A stretch of DNA of 64,000 nucleotides, taken from the sequence record PZ171032.1, one strand, 5' to 3'. Positions 18,290 through 27,624 of this stretch are shown here, in pieces; within the stretch, counting starts at the first letter, position 1, and the number at the start of each line of letters is the position of its first letter. A program made the translations under genes and the position numbers. Below the pieces are notes generated by a model, which made no database searches, was not told where the DNA came from, and was given only the letters and a program-made list of their open reading frames with translations. The stretch is from a phage.

Positions 18290-20601
18290 TCACCAAGGTA
18301 ATTAAAAGCAACGGATGTGAAGTGGCATTCGATCCAGAACGTTTAAATAAGGCAGCTATTTTCGGTGACGACGGTAACGGCAATTGGTCACATATTGCAC
18401 TGGATGCATACAAACGACTGTATGATGGATGCACAACCAAAGAAGTTAACCAAGCTATTATAGACTCCTGTGTTAGCCGTAAAGACGAAGCACATTCCCG
18501 TATGGCTGGTCGTGTTCTTATTGGTCAGATTTATAAAGAGGCTTTTGGAGGGTTTACAAAGATCCCTTCCTTACCATCATTTTACAACGACATGGTTGAG
18601 AAAGGGTATTGGGAGGATATGGGTTATAGCTTTACCGAGTTAAACACTTTAGGCACTGTTATTGATCACAGTAAAGATCTCGGTTATGGCTATGCAGTCC
18701 TTAAACAGTTTCGCGACAAATACGGGATCAAGGATACTCTTAAAGACACCTTGTTTGAATCTCCTCAGATGATGTTTATGGGGATAGCAATGGCTGTCAT
18801 GAAGAATATGCCGAAAGAACGTCGTATCAACGATGTTGTAAAATTATACACTTATCTGTCCGACTTAAAGATCAATGCCCCGACACCGTACTTAAACGGG
18901 CTGCGCACAGGTAAGACAGGGTATGCATCTTGTTGTGTAATAAAAGCTGACGATACAGCAAAATCCATTGGTGTGGCACGTGAAGTTGCGTACACAATGA
19001 CGGTTAACCAGGCAGGTATCGGCTACTACTTATCCTCAAGATCTGCAGGCGATGGTGTTCGTGGTAACACTATTAAACATATGGGTAAGATTCCATATTA
19101 TCGAGGTATTGATGCTGGTGTTAAGGAGAACAGACAACAATCACGTGGCGGTTCTGCAACAGTATCATTCCTTGCACTGGACCCGCAGATTGATGAGCTA
19201 ATCCGTTTGAGAAACCCTATGACTGTTGCTTCAAAAAGAATCAACACCATGGACTACTCCATCGGTATTAATAGGTCGTTTATCAACCGTGTGGCTAAGA
19301 ATTTGGATTGGATGCTTGTTTCTTATAAGCACGCGCCTCAACTGCATGAGGGTATCTTCACCATGTCTATGGAGGAGTTTGATGCAGAGGTTGATCGTAT
19401 TGCTAAAGATGACAGTATTCCTAAAACATGGATCCGGGCCAGAGATCTTGCTGTTGAACTGATCACGCAGCGTACTGAGGTGGGAAGGCTGTATGTATAC
19501 TGGACAGATGAGATGAATAGACATACACCTTTTAAAGATGTGATCTATTCAAGTAACCTGTGTGCAGAAATAGCCCTCCCGACAAAAGGATATTCAGATA
19601 TGCGTAATATCTTCAAGTACGATGCTGATGATGGAGAGGTTGCATTGTGCTTCCTGTCATCTCTTGTAGCTGGGAGGGTTACTCCAGAGGAGTATGAGGA
19701 TGTTGCATACTATACGGTGCTTATGATTGACAATGTTATGGAAATCATGACATATCCGTATGAAAATATGGAAAGCACAGTTAAAAAACGCAGATCCATC
19801 GGGGTTGGCCTTACCAATGTTGCACATTTTATTGCCAGCCACAAGGTTACTTACGGATCTCCTGAAAGTAAACAGCTCGTTCACGATCTTGCAGAACTTC
19901 ACAGCTACAGCTTGCATAAGGCAAGTTTACGGTTGGCAAAAGAGCGTGGTGTCTGCGAGTGGATGCATAAAACAAAATATCCAGAAGGTTGGTTACCAAT
20001 CGACACCTATAACAAAGAGGTCGATAGCGTGGTGAAAGATCCTTCTCTTAAACAGGATTGGGAAGGGTTACGTAAAGAAATCATTGAGAATGGTGGGCTA
20101 CGTAATAGCGTTCTTGAAGCATATATGCCTAATGAAAGCTCTTCGCTGGCAACAAACACCACTAACGGGGTTTATCCTGTCCGTGAGCACATTATCTTTA
20201 AAAAGTCGCCACAAGGGCAGGTGCTGTTTATCGTTCCTGACTATGATGAGTTGAAAGAGTATTACACCTCGGCTTGGGACGTTGATACTAACGACATGAT
20301 CGATATGTATGCCGTGATTCAAAAATTCACAGGTCAGGCAATCAGCGCGGATTTATACATAGACTACACCAAGTTGAAAGATGGTAAAATTTCAATGAAG
20401 GAGCAGTTAGGGTACCTTATCCGTGCCACTAAATTCGGGATGAAGACATGGTATTATTTAAACTCTAGGGTTGGTGCTGGTGACTCCTTGGCAGAGGAAC
20501 TTCATGCCAAGAAACAGGCTGAAGATGAAACCAGAAAGAACTATCCTTTGATTGCAGATAGTTCAGTTGAAGATTCGTATTGCGAAAGCTGTGCACTATA
20601 A
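18286..20601 (+). CDS. nrdA: ribonucleoside-diphosphate reductase large subunit (class Ia)
   Basis: 771 aa; N-terminal ATP-cone (VIKSNGCEVAFDPERLNKAA); overall length and conserved blocks typical of NrdA. Confidence 0.9.
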   Translation: MITKVIKSNGCEVAFDPERLNKAAIFGDDGNGNWSHIALDAYKRLYDGCTTKEVNQAIIDSCVSRKDEAHSRMAGRVLIGQIYKEAFGGFTKIPSLPSFYNDMVEKGYWEDMGYSFTELNTLGTVIDHSKDLGYGYAVLKQFRDKYGIKDTLKDTLFESPQMMFMGIAMAVMKNMPKERRINDVVKLYTYLSDLKINAPTPYLNGLRTGKTGYASCCVIKADDTAKSIGVAREVAYTMTVNQAGIGYYLSSRSAGDGVRGNTIKHMGKIPYYRGIDAGVKENRQQSRGGSATVSFLALDPQIDELIRLRNPMTVASKRINTMDYSIGINRSFINRVAKNLDWMLVSYKHAPQLHEGIFTMSMEEFDAEVDRIAKDDSIPKTWIRARDLAVELITQRTEVGRLYVYWTDEMNRHTPFKDVIYSSNLCAEIALPTKGYSDMRNIFKYDADDGEVALCFLSSLVAGRVTPEEYEDVAYYTVLMIDNVMEIMTYPYENMESTVKKRRSIGVGLTNVAHFIASHKVTYGSPESKQLVHDLAELHSYSLHKASLRLAKERGVCEWMHKTKYPEGWLPIDTYNKEVDSVVKDPSLKQDWEGLRKEIIENGGLRNSVLEAYMPNESSSLATNTTNGVYPVREHIIFKKSPQGQVLFIVPDYDELKEYYTSAWDVDTNDMIDMYAVIQKFTGQAISADLYIDYTKLKDGKISMKEQLGYLIRATKFGMKTWYYLNSRVGAGDSLAEELHAKKQAEDETRKNYPLIADSSVEDSYCESCAL

Positions 20602-20608
20602 TTTTAAA

Positions 20609-20630
20609 GGGGCTTCGGCCCCATTTTAGA
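20609..20630 (+). terminator. hairpin GGGGC-ttcg-GCCCC + ATTTTAGA between nrdA and nrdB (attenuator or terminator candidate)
   Basis: Read directly. Confidence 0.45.
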
Positions 20631-20639
20631 GGTAGAATA

Positions 20640-21728
20640 ATGGCTGTATTTAATGCTGAGAACACCGCTCATAAAACTGGTGACTATCCGCTGTTTCTGG
20701 GACAGCAAATGGGTATGTACGACTCTATCAACAAAAAATATCCACAACTGTTTGAACTATACAAAAAACAAAAAGAGCAAGATTGGGCAGAGGATGAAGT
20801 GGATTTGTCGCAATCTATTTCAGATTTTGTGACATGCTCAAAGTCAACTTATGACGTGATGGTGCAGACCTTGATGTGGCAATGGGAGGCTGATAGCGTT
20901 GCGGCAAGATCGATCATCTGCCTCTTTTCACCATTCATCACTAATAGTGAGCTTTTCACTCTATTGATGAAACAGTCAGAGATTGAAGTTCTTCACGCAC
21001 TAACTTACTCAGAGATTGTTAGACAATGCCTCCCCAATGCCCGTGAGATTATAGAAGAGATTCAGGAAAACCAAAACGTTCTGAGCAGATCCGGCGTTAT
21101 TGTCAAATACATGCAAGAGCTTGAGGTTATTGGTGCAAAATACCGACTGGATCCTTCTAGTGTTGAAGAAGATGTTGTGCGGAAATGCATTCTTAGAGCG
21201 CTTTTTGCACTTTTAGCTCTGGAAAGTATTGAGTTTATTGCAAGTTTTGCATGCACTTTCGCAGTAGCTGAACAGGGTATCTTTGTTCAGGTGGCGCAGC
21301 TTGTTCAAAAAATCATGCTTGACGAAATGCTACATTCGAAAGGTGATTTTGCCATCATTGATATCTTGCTTAATGATCCCGCATGGGAGAAAAGCTTCCT
21401 TGAGATAAAGGGGGAGTTAAAAGAGATTCTTGATGAAGTACGAACCAAAGAGTACGGTTGGAGTGACTATATTTTCAGCGAAGGAAGAGCGATTATAGGT
21501 CTTAACTCACCGTTGCTTAAAGAGTGGGTTGACTATAACTGCTCACCGATTTATGATTACTACGACATCGACAAAGACTTTGTGCCGCCAACAAAGGACC
21601 CGCTACCGTTTATGCAGGTGTGGATGAAACCTTCATTACAACAGACGGCGAACCAAGAAATGTCGAACACTGACTACCGCGTCAACACAACTGTTAACGA
21701 CGCTGAAGAAGAAATTTGGGAGTTTTAA
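20640..21728 (+). CDS. nrdB: ribonucleoside-diphosphate reductase small subunit (class Ia)
   Basis: Start at MAVFNAEN behind GAGG; NrdB-like iron-ligand helices; follows nrdA. Confidence 0.9.
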   Translation: MAVFNAENTAHKTGDYPLFLGQQMGMYDSINKKYPQLFELYKKQKEQDWAEDEVDLSQSISDFVTCSKSTYDVMVQTLMWQWEADSVAARSIICLFSPFITNSELFTLLMKQSEIEVLHALTYSEIVRQCLPNAREIIEEIQENQNVLSRSGVIVKYMQELEVIGAKYRLDPSSVEEDVVRKCILRALFALLALESIEFIASFACTFAVAEQGIFVQVAQLVQKIMLDEMLHSKGDFAIIDILLNDPAWEKSFLEIKGELKEILDEVRTKEYGWSDYIFSEGRAIIGLNSPLLKEWVDYNCSPIYDYYDIDKDFVPPTKDPLPFMQVWMKPSLQQTANQEMSNTDYRVNTTVNDAEEEIWEF

Positions 21729-21731
21729 TAT

Positions 21732-22010
21732 ATGAGCTGCGAAAAATCTTTTTTCATCATCATTTACGGTAAGGATAACTGCCCACATTGTGTCAGAGCA
21801 AAAGAATTTGCAATCAGCAAAGGTCTGCCTTTTGTATATAAGACACTTGGCGAGGGCTACACAAAAGAAGAGCTTATTGAGAAGTGCAGTCCAATTGTCC
21901 CCAGAACGTTGCCGCAGATCTTCTTAGAAAGCGATCTTGACAGTGTCCATATAGGCGGTGCCGACGATTTCATCTCTTTTGTTAAGAATGGTTTTGGAGA
22001 GAAAAAGTGA
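21732..22010 (+). CDS. glutaredoxin/thioredoxin-like redoxin (NrdH/NrdC-like)
   Basis: YGKDNCPHCVRAKEF CxxC active site; 92 aa; placed between RNR genes. Confidence 0.75.
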   Translation: MSCEKSFFIIIYGKDNCPHCVRAKEFAISKGLPFVYKTLGEGYTKEELIEKCSPIVPRTLPQIFLESDLDSVHIGGADDFISFVKNGFGEKK

Positions 22011-22867
22011 AAGTTGTAAAACGGGACGGTAGAGAAGAGTTCTATAACGGAATTAAGGTGATCAAGGCGGCAGAGTCCGCCTTACTTGAGTCTGGACATA
22101 CTGAAGAAGAAGCTTACCGGATCGCCTGCGCGGTTAATGAAGTTGTTGCTAACAATCTACCAACCGACCAGTGCACGATCTCTGTAAAAAATATCCATAT
22201 CCTTGTTGAAGATGCTCTTATGGATATGGGTTTAAAATGTGCAGCCAGAGAATACATCCAGTATAGACAGACAAGAGATAATAACAGAGAGGCAGGTGGA
22301 AAACTGCTTGCAGATATTAGTGGCTTCTTGGATCGAACTTGTGATGAATTTACAAAAGAAAACGCAAATAAGCCTACTAATCATGTACACACTCATCGCG
22401 ACCTGCTTGCAGGTATTCTTAGCAAACACCTTGCATCAACACAGATCCTGCCAGACCGTGTCTCCGAAGAGCACAATAAAGGATTCATCCATGTGCATGA
22501 TCTTGACTACTTGATCAGTCCGTTAACAAACTGTTGTTTGGTAAATTATCCAGATATGTTGGAAAACGGATTCAACATTGGTAACGCCCATGTCAGTAAG
22601 CCGAAGTCAATAGGGGTTGCAACAACAATCCTTAGCCAAATCTCTAGTGCGGTAGCTAGTGCTCAATATGGTGGTCAGACTATGAGCCATATTGATCATT
22701 ATCTGGCACAGTATGCTGAAGCGACCTATGAGAAGAACCTTAAATTTTGCCAGGAACATTGGTTGCCAGATGCTGAAACTGTTGCAATGCAAATGACAGA
22801 TAAAGACGTGTTTGACAGCATGCAGACGTTGCTTTATCAGATCAACACACTAACCTCGGTAAACGGT
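22007..22867 (+). CDS. nrdD: anaerobic ribonucleoside-triphosphate reductase, exon 1 of 3
   Basis: ATP-cone VVKRDGREEFYNG; sequence colinear with recalled T4 NrdD up to ...INTLTSVNG. Exon ends with U (GGT), followed by an in-frame TAA that opens the intron. Confidence 0.85.
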
Positions 22868-23124
22868 TAACAAACTGGCCGTTTTAAAACTCTGCTAACC
22901 TCAGTATGAGGGGTCAGCTGATCGCTGGCTAACGGGGAACGCTAAGGCGAAAGCTATGCCAATCCCGTGACTAGCTTCACAAGGAGTGAGGCGGTTGTAA
23001 CGACTAACCTTTTGGTGTAGGGATTATGGAAGATTCCGAAACGCAGGGGTCTGATTAATAATCACACGGTGTGATTTCAGGCAAGAGATAGTCTGGCCTT
23101 GTGGAAACATAAGGGTGGGGACCG
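22868..23124 (+). mobile_element. group I intron 1 in nrdD (257 nt, no ORF)
   Basis: Exon ends in U, intron ends in G. Internal guide GCCGUUU (22878-22884) pairs with the last 7 exon nt AAACGGU. R-like GTTGTAACGACTAAC and S-like AAGAGATAGTC core elements. Exon 2 reading frame resumes exactly as in T4 NrdD (NG|QTPF). Confidence 0.8.
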
Positions 23125-23424
23125 CAAACCCCTTTTATCACATTAAGTTTAGGTCTGGACACCTCAGTATTTGGTAGAATGATTACCAAAAACTACTTGA
23201 AAGTCCACAAAATGGGTCTTGGTGAAGAACGTATCACACCTGTGTTCCCTAAGGTGCTGTTCTTCCTGGAAGATGGTGTCAACATGAACCCTGGAGATCC
23301 TAACTATGATTTGAAACGATTAGCTCTGGAATGCTCTGCAGAGCGGATTTATCCTGACTTTGTTTCTGTTCCACTAAATCGTAAAGTGACAGGCTCGACA
23401 GATGGCAAAGTAACGAGCATGGGT
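23125..23424 (+). CDS. nrdD: anaerobic ribonucleoside-triphosphate reductase, exon 2 of 3
   Basis: Translation QTPFITLSLGLDTSVFGRMITKNYLKVHKMGLGEERITPVFPKVLFFLEDGVNMNPGDPNYDLKRLALECSAERIYPD... is colinear with the central part of T4 NrdD; the track ORF 23179..23433 is this exon. Confidence 0.8.
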
Positions 23425-24186
23425 AAACTATAACTGCTCATGTAAAATCTATCTAAACGGGGAAACTCCAGAACGGACAATCCCGTGCTAAACGTAACAG
23501 AACTCCTGACCAAGAGGAGTCCTGAAATGAGAAAACAAATTCGTGATTTTGAAGGTTATGAAATTGACGAGATGGGCAATGTTTATTGCACCCGCTACGA
23601 AAATGAAAGAATTATTCATTCGTGGGAAGAGATAAACACAGGTTACCGTCTTGTTAGGATACGCAAGAACAAAAAGACTGTTTGCCTAAGGGTTCACAGA
23701 CTTGTTGCTGAAGCGTTCTTACCAAATCCAGACAATTTACCCTATGTTAAGCACAAAGGGGACAACAGGAAAGATAACAGTGTGTACAACCTTGAGTGGG
23801 GAGCTTGCCCAGACAATACGCAAGAAGGATACAACAACAACTGTTATGCTTTTTACACAAGATGCCACGGTGTGAAAGCCACCAACAAATTAACTGGTGA
23901 GGTTTTCCACTTTAAAAGTCTGAGATGTTGTGCTGATGTTTTAGGAGTAGATAGAAAAAGAATATCTGCTATCCTGAAACGTGGTGCGCCTAATAACTAT
24001 GATTACGAGTTCTGTTACGAAATGCCTAACGACTAACCGTGATGAATGTAGCGGTGTAGGGTGTAAGCCGATGACACTCGAAATGGTAGACACACTAAGT
24101 GTGAAGATATAGTCTGATCTGCATGGGGACATGCAGCAGCACGTAAAGGTGCGGGGGTGGACTTGCGAACCACCCTGAACATAATG
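23425..24186 (+). mobile_element. group I intron 2 in nrdD (762 nt) carrying an HNH homing endonuclease ORF
   Basis: Exon 2 ends in U (ATG GGT), intron ends in G (..ACATAATG). Candidate guide GCUCAUG near the 5' end; S-like AAGATATAGTCTG near the 3' end. Exon 3 resumes at CRSFLS exactly as in T4 NrdD. Confidence 0.7.
23485..24036 (+). CDS. HNH homing endonuclease (intron-encoded)
   Basis: VHRLVAEAF...HKGDNRKDNSVYNLEW HNH_3-type motif; lies wholly inside intron 2. Confidence 0.75.
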   Translation: MLNVTELLTKRSPEMRKQIRDFEGYEIDEMGNVYCTRYENERIIHSWEEINTGYRLVRIRKNKKTVCLRVHRLVAEAFLPNPDNLPYVKHKGDNRKDNSVYNLEWGACPDNTQEGYNNNCYAFYTRCHGVKATNKLTGEVFHFKSLRCCADVLGVDRKRISAILKRGAPNNYDYEFCYEMPND

Positions 24187-25149
24187 TGTAGAAGTTTCTT
24201 ATCGAAATATAGCGACCCTGTAACAGGTGAGGAGAAATACCTTGGCAGATTTAACTTAGGCGTTGTTAGCCTTAACCTGCCAATGATTGCGGCAAAAGCT
24301 AAGATGGAAGGTGTTGATTTCTTTGCAGTTCTTGACGAATACTTGGATCTTGCATACGAGGCTCACCTTGTAAGGGTTAACCGTCTAAAAGGAACAAAGG
24401 CAGGGCAGAACCCCATCATGTGGTGTGAAGGCGCTCTTGCTCGCCTAGATCCTGAAGAAAGTATTGATAAACTCTTCTATGACGGGTACGCTTCCATCAG
24501 CATTGGGTACATTGGTGTGTATGAAACCTGTCAGATTTTGGGCAGAGAGGGTGACAAGGCTTTAGCTCTTGGAATCCTTCAGCACATGAGAGATGCTTGT
24601 GAGCGATACAAGAAGGAAAGTAGACTAGCATTTAGCTTGTACGGCACTCCTTCTGAGAGTCTATGCTATAAAGCTGCAACCTGTCTGGATCGTGAATATC
24701 CGGAAGTGTTGAAGCACGAGCATGAATATCTCACCAACAGTTTCCATCAGCCAGTGTGGATAAATAGCTCTCCTTTTGATAAGTGGGAGTATGAGGAAGG
24801 TTTTGCTATGATCTCCTCTGGTGGCAACATTGGATACGTAGAGACACCTAACCTGAAAAACAACCTGGATGCTTTAGAGGCTCTTGTTGACTTCGGGTAT
24901 AAACATATTATGTATTTTGGTATTAACCAACCTGTGGATAAATGTCTCAAGTGTGGTTTCTCTGGTGAGTTCAGTGCAACAGCTAAAGGGTTCTGCTGCC
25001 CTGCGTGCGGATGCCACGATGAACAATATATCTCAGTGATCCGAAGAGTGTCTGGATATCTTTCCAGTCCTAACTCCCGTCCTTACAATAAAGGTAAGCA
25101 AGCGGAAGTTATCGAGCGAGTTAAGCACTACGGAAGTTGTGGTTGCTGA
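24187..25149 (+). CDS. nrdD: anaerobic ribonucleoside-triphosphate reductase, exon 3 of 3 (glycyl-radical domain)
   Basis: C-terminal zinc site CLKCGF...CCPACGC and glycyl radical motif RRVSGYL; colinear with T4 NrdD C-terminus. Confidence 0.85.
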   Translation, partial: CRSFLSKYSDPVTGEEKYLGRFNLGVVSLNLPMIAAKAKMEGVDFFAVLDEYLDLAYEAHLVRVNRLKGTKAGQNPIMWCEGALARLDPEESIDKLFYDGYASISIGYIGVYETCQILGREGDKALALGILQHMRDACERYKKESRLAFSLYGTPSESLCYKAATCLDREYPEVLKHEHEYLTNSFHQPVWINSSPFDKWEYEEGFAMISSGGNIGYVETPNLKNNLDALEALVDFGYKHIMYFGINQPVDKCLKCGFSGEFSATAKGFCCPACGCHDEQYISVIRRVSGYLSSPNSRPYNKGKQAEVIERVKHYGSCGC

Positions 25150-25212
25150 TTCTTGACAAAAGCCACAAGGATGTGGCATATTATTGACACACAGTGAGCT
25201 AGGAGGTGCAGT

Positions 25213-25329
25213 ATGTCATCAGGTATTTATAAAATTTGCAAGTGCGGCTGTAGTTGTAATCTTCGTTGGTGCAAGGCACTAGACGATTTTATTTGGCATT
25301 GCCCTAAATGTGATGCGGAGTATCTATGA
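25213..25329 (+). CDS. small Cys-rich (zinc-ribbon-like) peptide, 38 aa
   Basis: AGGAGGTG SD 5 nt upstream of ATG; MSSGIYKICKCGCSCNLRWCKALDDFIWHCPKCDAEYL; stop overlaps nrdG start (ATGA). Below the track size cutoff. Confidence 0.45.
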   Translation: MSSGIYKICKCGCSCNLRWCKALDDFIWHCPKCDAEYL

Positions 25330-25799
25330 ACATTGCTGGATACACAGAAGTATCTTACACAGAAGGGCCAGGTATTAGAACTGCCTTGTGGGTATCTGGG
25401 TGCCCACACGCTTGCCCTGGTTGCTTTAATCAGGCATTTTGGTCAAAAGATAAGGGGAGGGAGTTCACTGAAGAAGATTTGCAAAAAATCTTGTCAGATC
25501 TGGATAACCCGTCTGTGTGCGGTATCTCTCTGCTGGGTGGAGAACCATTAGCATACTATAATGAGCCAGGTATTATTAGCCTGATGGAGAAAATTAAGGA
25601 AAAATTTGGTGACAAGAAAACTATTCTTGTATATACTGGGTTCACATTTGACCATATCTCTAGTGATGTTCTTAAACTGGCTGATATCATCATTGACGGT
25701 AAGTATGTAAAAGATTTACCAACCAAGAAACCGTTCCGAGGCAGTGATAACCAAAGAATGTTTAAAAAAGTATCAGGTGGTTGGGTTCAGGTAGACTAG
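25326..25799 (+). CDS. nrdG: anaerobic ribonucleotide reductase activating protein (radical SAM)
   Basis: CPHACPGCFN CxxxCxxC cluster motif; 157 aa; directly downstream of nrdD. Confidence 0.85.
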   Translation: MNIAGYTEVSYTEGPGIRTALWVSGCPHACPGCFNQAFWSKDKGREFTEEDLQKILSDLDNPSVCGISLLGGEPLAYYNEPGIISLMEKIKEKFGDKKTILVYTGFTFDHISSDVLKLADIIIDGKYVKDLPTKKPFRGSDNQRMFKKVSGGWVQVD

Positions 25800-25802
25800 T
25801 TG

Positions 25803-25832
25803 TTGACAAAGCTTTGTTTAGATAGGTATAAT
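25803..25832 (+). promoter_or_regulatory. sigma70-type promoter (TTGACA-18-TATAAT)
   Basis: Consensus hexamers read directly. Confidence 0.7.
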
Positions 25833-25863
25833 TATCGTAAAATGAAAGCAGAGGAGGTGCCAA

Positions 25864-25977
25864 ATGGCTAAAAAAGCCTTGAAGAAGGCGTACAAGAAAG
25901 AGATTGCGCTTGAGCTTAAGAAAAAACACAAGCGTGAAAAGAAACATCATGAAGATGAAGAGGGGGTGCAACAGTGA
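25864..25977 (+). CDS. small Lys-rich peptide, 37 aa
   Basis: GAGGAGGTG SD; MAKKALKKAYKKEIALELKKKHKREKKHHEDEEGVQQ; stop overlaps GTG start of the next ORF. Confidence 0.35.
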   Translation: MAKKALKKAYKKEIALELKKKHKREKKHHEDEEGVQQ

Positions 25978-26324
25978 CACAAGAACGTATCGATTTGGCT
26001 AATAAGTTTGTAGACCTCATTTTGCCACGGTTAGTTACTCAACATGCAGATGCTATTTCTACTAATCTTGATGGCTTACGCCTAATGCTGAATCGCACAG
26101 ATGACCCTCGTATTCGGGCTGATTTAGAAGCCTCTGCCAACAAACTGGAAAAGTTCTTGCAAGTAGACACGCAAGAAGCCTTGCACAAGATTATGGTGGA
26201 AGGTTTCTCTAAAGAATTTACCATTAAAGAGCTTAAGGAGCTGATCCACCAAGAAGAGATGAATATCCGAGTTCAGGCTGTTGCAAGCAGCATGGAAGCG
26301 GCTATTGAAAAACTGTTGCAGTAA
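25974..26324 (+). CDS. hypothetical protein
   Basis: 116-aa ORF, GTG start. Confidence 0.45.
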   Translation: MTQERIDLANKFVDLILPRLVTQHADAISTNLDGLRLMLNRTDDPRIRADLEASANKLEKFLQVDTQEALHKIMVEGFSKEFTIKELKELIHQEEMNIRVQAVASSMEAAIEKLLQ

Positions 26325-26362
26325 AAGTACTTGGCACATCTCAATCTGAAAGGAGTCCCAAC

Positions 26363-27151
26363 ATGGGTCGAGCTAAAGAAACAAAACGCATGCGTGATGA
26401 AGCTAGAGAGGCTCGCAAATCTGATCGCCTGCGTAAGGCTGCTGAGAAATTTGCTGACGAAAGAGAGCACACCGCTCCAGCTCTCCGACCAATGAATAAG
26501 AAGCAGCAAAAGTATCTTGATTATCTAGGGTCACGTAAGATTATTATTGTAAACGGCGTGTTTGGATCCGGTAAGACATTCATGGCATCTGCATATGCAG
26601 GTGATCTTCTGCGTAAGAACGAGATTGATAAGATCATTGTTGCACGCCCTTACGTTCAGACAGGGAAGACTTCAGGATTTAAACCTGGAAATGCAATGCA
26701 GAAACTGTGGCCCTATCTTCGAAGCATGATGGACACGATTTGTCGCCGTGTTGGCAAAGGTGCTTTTGCCGCAATGCTGGGAGACGGTCAGAACAGCCGT
26801 ATCGAGATTTGTGAAGTTGAAAGCATTCGTGGTCGTAGTTTCGATGAGCGATGCTTTGTCCTGATTGACGAGGCACAGCAAACTAACCCTGAAGAAATGT
26901 TGTCAATTATCACAAGGATCTCTGATCAGGCCACCCTTGTAATTATGGGGGATAATAGCCAACGTGACATCCCTGGTAAATCTGGACTTGCATGGGTGAC
27001 GGATTTCTTTACTCGTCATCCAGATCCTGATGTTGGAATGATCAGCTTTGATAGTCCAGACGATGTCGTTCGTTCCGGGTTGGGTCGTCAGATCGCACTC
27101 AATCTTATTGAGGATCGTGCAAATCATATTTGGACCCCTGTTTCCGAGTAA
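26363..27151 (+). CDS. phoH: PhoH-like ATPase
   Basis: Walker A GVFGSGKTFMA and PhoH-typical downstream blocks; 262 aa. Confidence 0.85.
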   Translation: MGRAKETKRMRDEAREARKSDRLRKAAEKFADEREHTAPALRPMNKKQQKYLDYLGSRKIIIVNGVFGSGKTFMASAYAGDLLRKNEIDKIIVARPYVQTGKTSGFKPGNAMQKLWPYLRSMMDTICRRVGKGAFAAMLGDGQNSRIEICEVESIRGRSFDERCFVLIDEAQQTNPEEMLSIITRISDQATLVIMGDNSQRDIPGKSGLAWVTDFFTRHPDPDVGMISFDSPDDVVRSGLGRQIALNLIEDRANHIWTPVSE

Positions 27152-27195
27152 TATAGAAGGGTGGTTATTCCACCCTTAAATATCTAAAACAGTTG

Positions 27196-27224
27196 TTGAC
27201 AAATAGGCAAGCTTTAGATATTAT
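27196..27224 (+). promoter_or_regulatory. sigma70-type promoter (TTGACA-17-TATTAT)
   Basis: Consensus hexamers read directly. Confidence 0.7.
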
Positions 27225-27252
27225 TATCGGACAAAACAAAGAGAAGGACAGT

Positions 27253-27564
27253 ATGGCTACAATACAAGAGAGATTGAATAAAATATACTGCCTGTTTGTC
27301 TATAACGGCGAGACAATTTTGGCAAATAAAGGATCCAAGAATGTGTGGACCAAGGACAGCGGTGGTAATATAATTAACTTAGCGTTGCTACGTGAGCGCC
27401 GACACAGATTCTTTATCGAGTCTCGAATTATTGAAAGCAGCACTTGCTACAGAACAGGCGATAAAGTAATTGTTGACAATGATACGTGGTATGTGGTAGA
27501 CTGGCAATCATTGAGTTGTGATGCTTCTGACAATCGTAAGTATTCCATAGTGATTGCTAAATAA
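27253..27564 (+). CDS. hypothetical protein
   Basis: Start moved to MATIQERL (GAGAAGGA SD) downstream of the promoter, which overlaps the track ORF start. Confidence 0.45.
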   Translation: MATIQERLNKIYCLFVYNGETILANKGSKNVWTKDSGGNIINLALLRERRHRFFIESRIIESSTCYRTGDKVIVDNDTWYVVDWQSLSCDASDNRKYSIVIAK

Positions 27565-27624
27565 AGGTAAATGTGAATCAGGTTTAAATAAATAGCTTTC
27601 AACTTCCAATATTAAGGATTTCTC

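Noticed and set aside
23179-23433. ORF-track entry as an independent 84-aa gene
   Set aside because: Its translation and the in-frame sequence upstream of its ATG (QTPFITLSLGLDTSVFGR) are colinear with the middle of NrdD; it is exon 2 of nrdD (23125..23424).
27158-27180. Hairpin AAGGGTGG-ttattc-CACCCTT after phoH as a terminator
   Set aside because: No U-tract follows in either orientation; it may be an RNA structure but is not a canonical intrinsic terminator.
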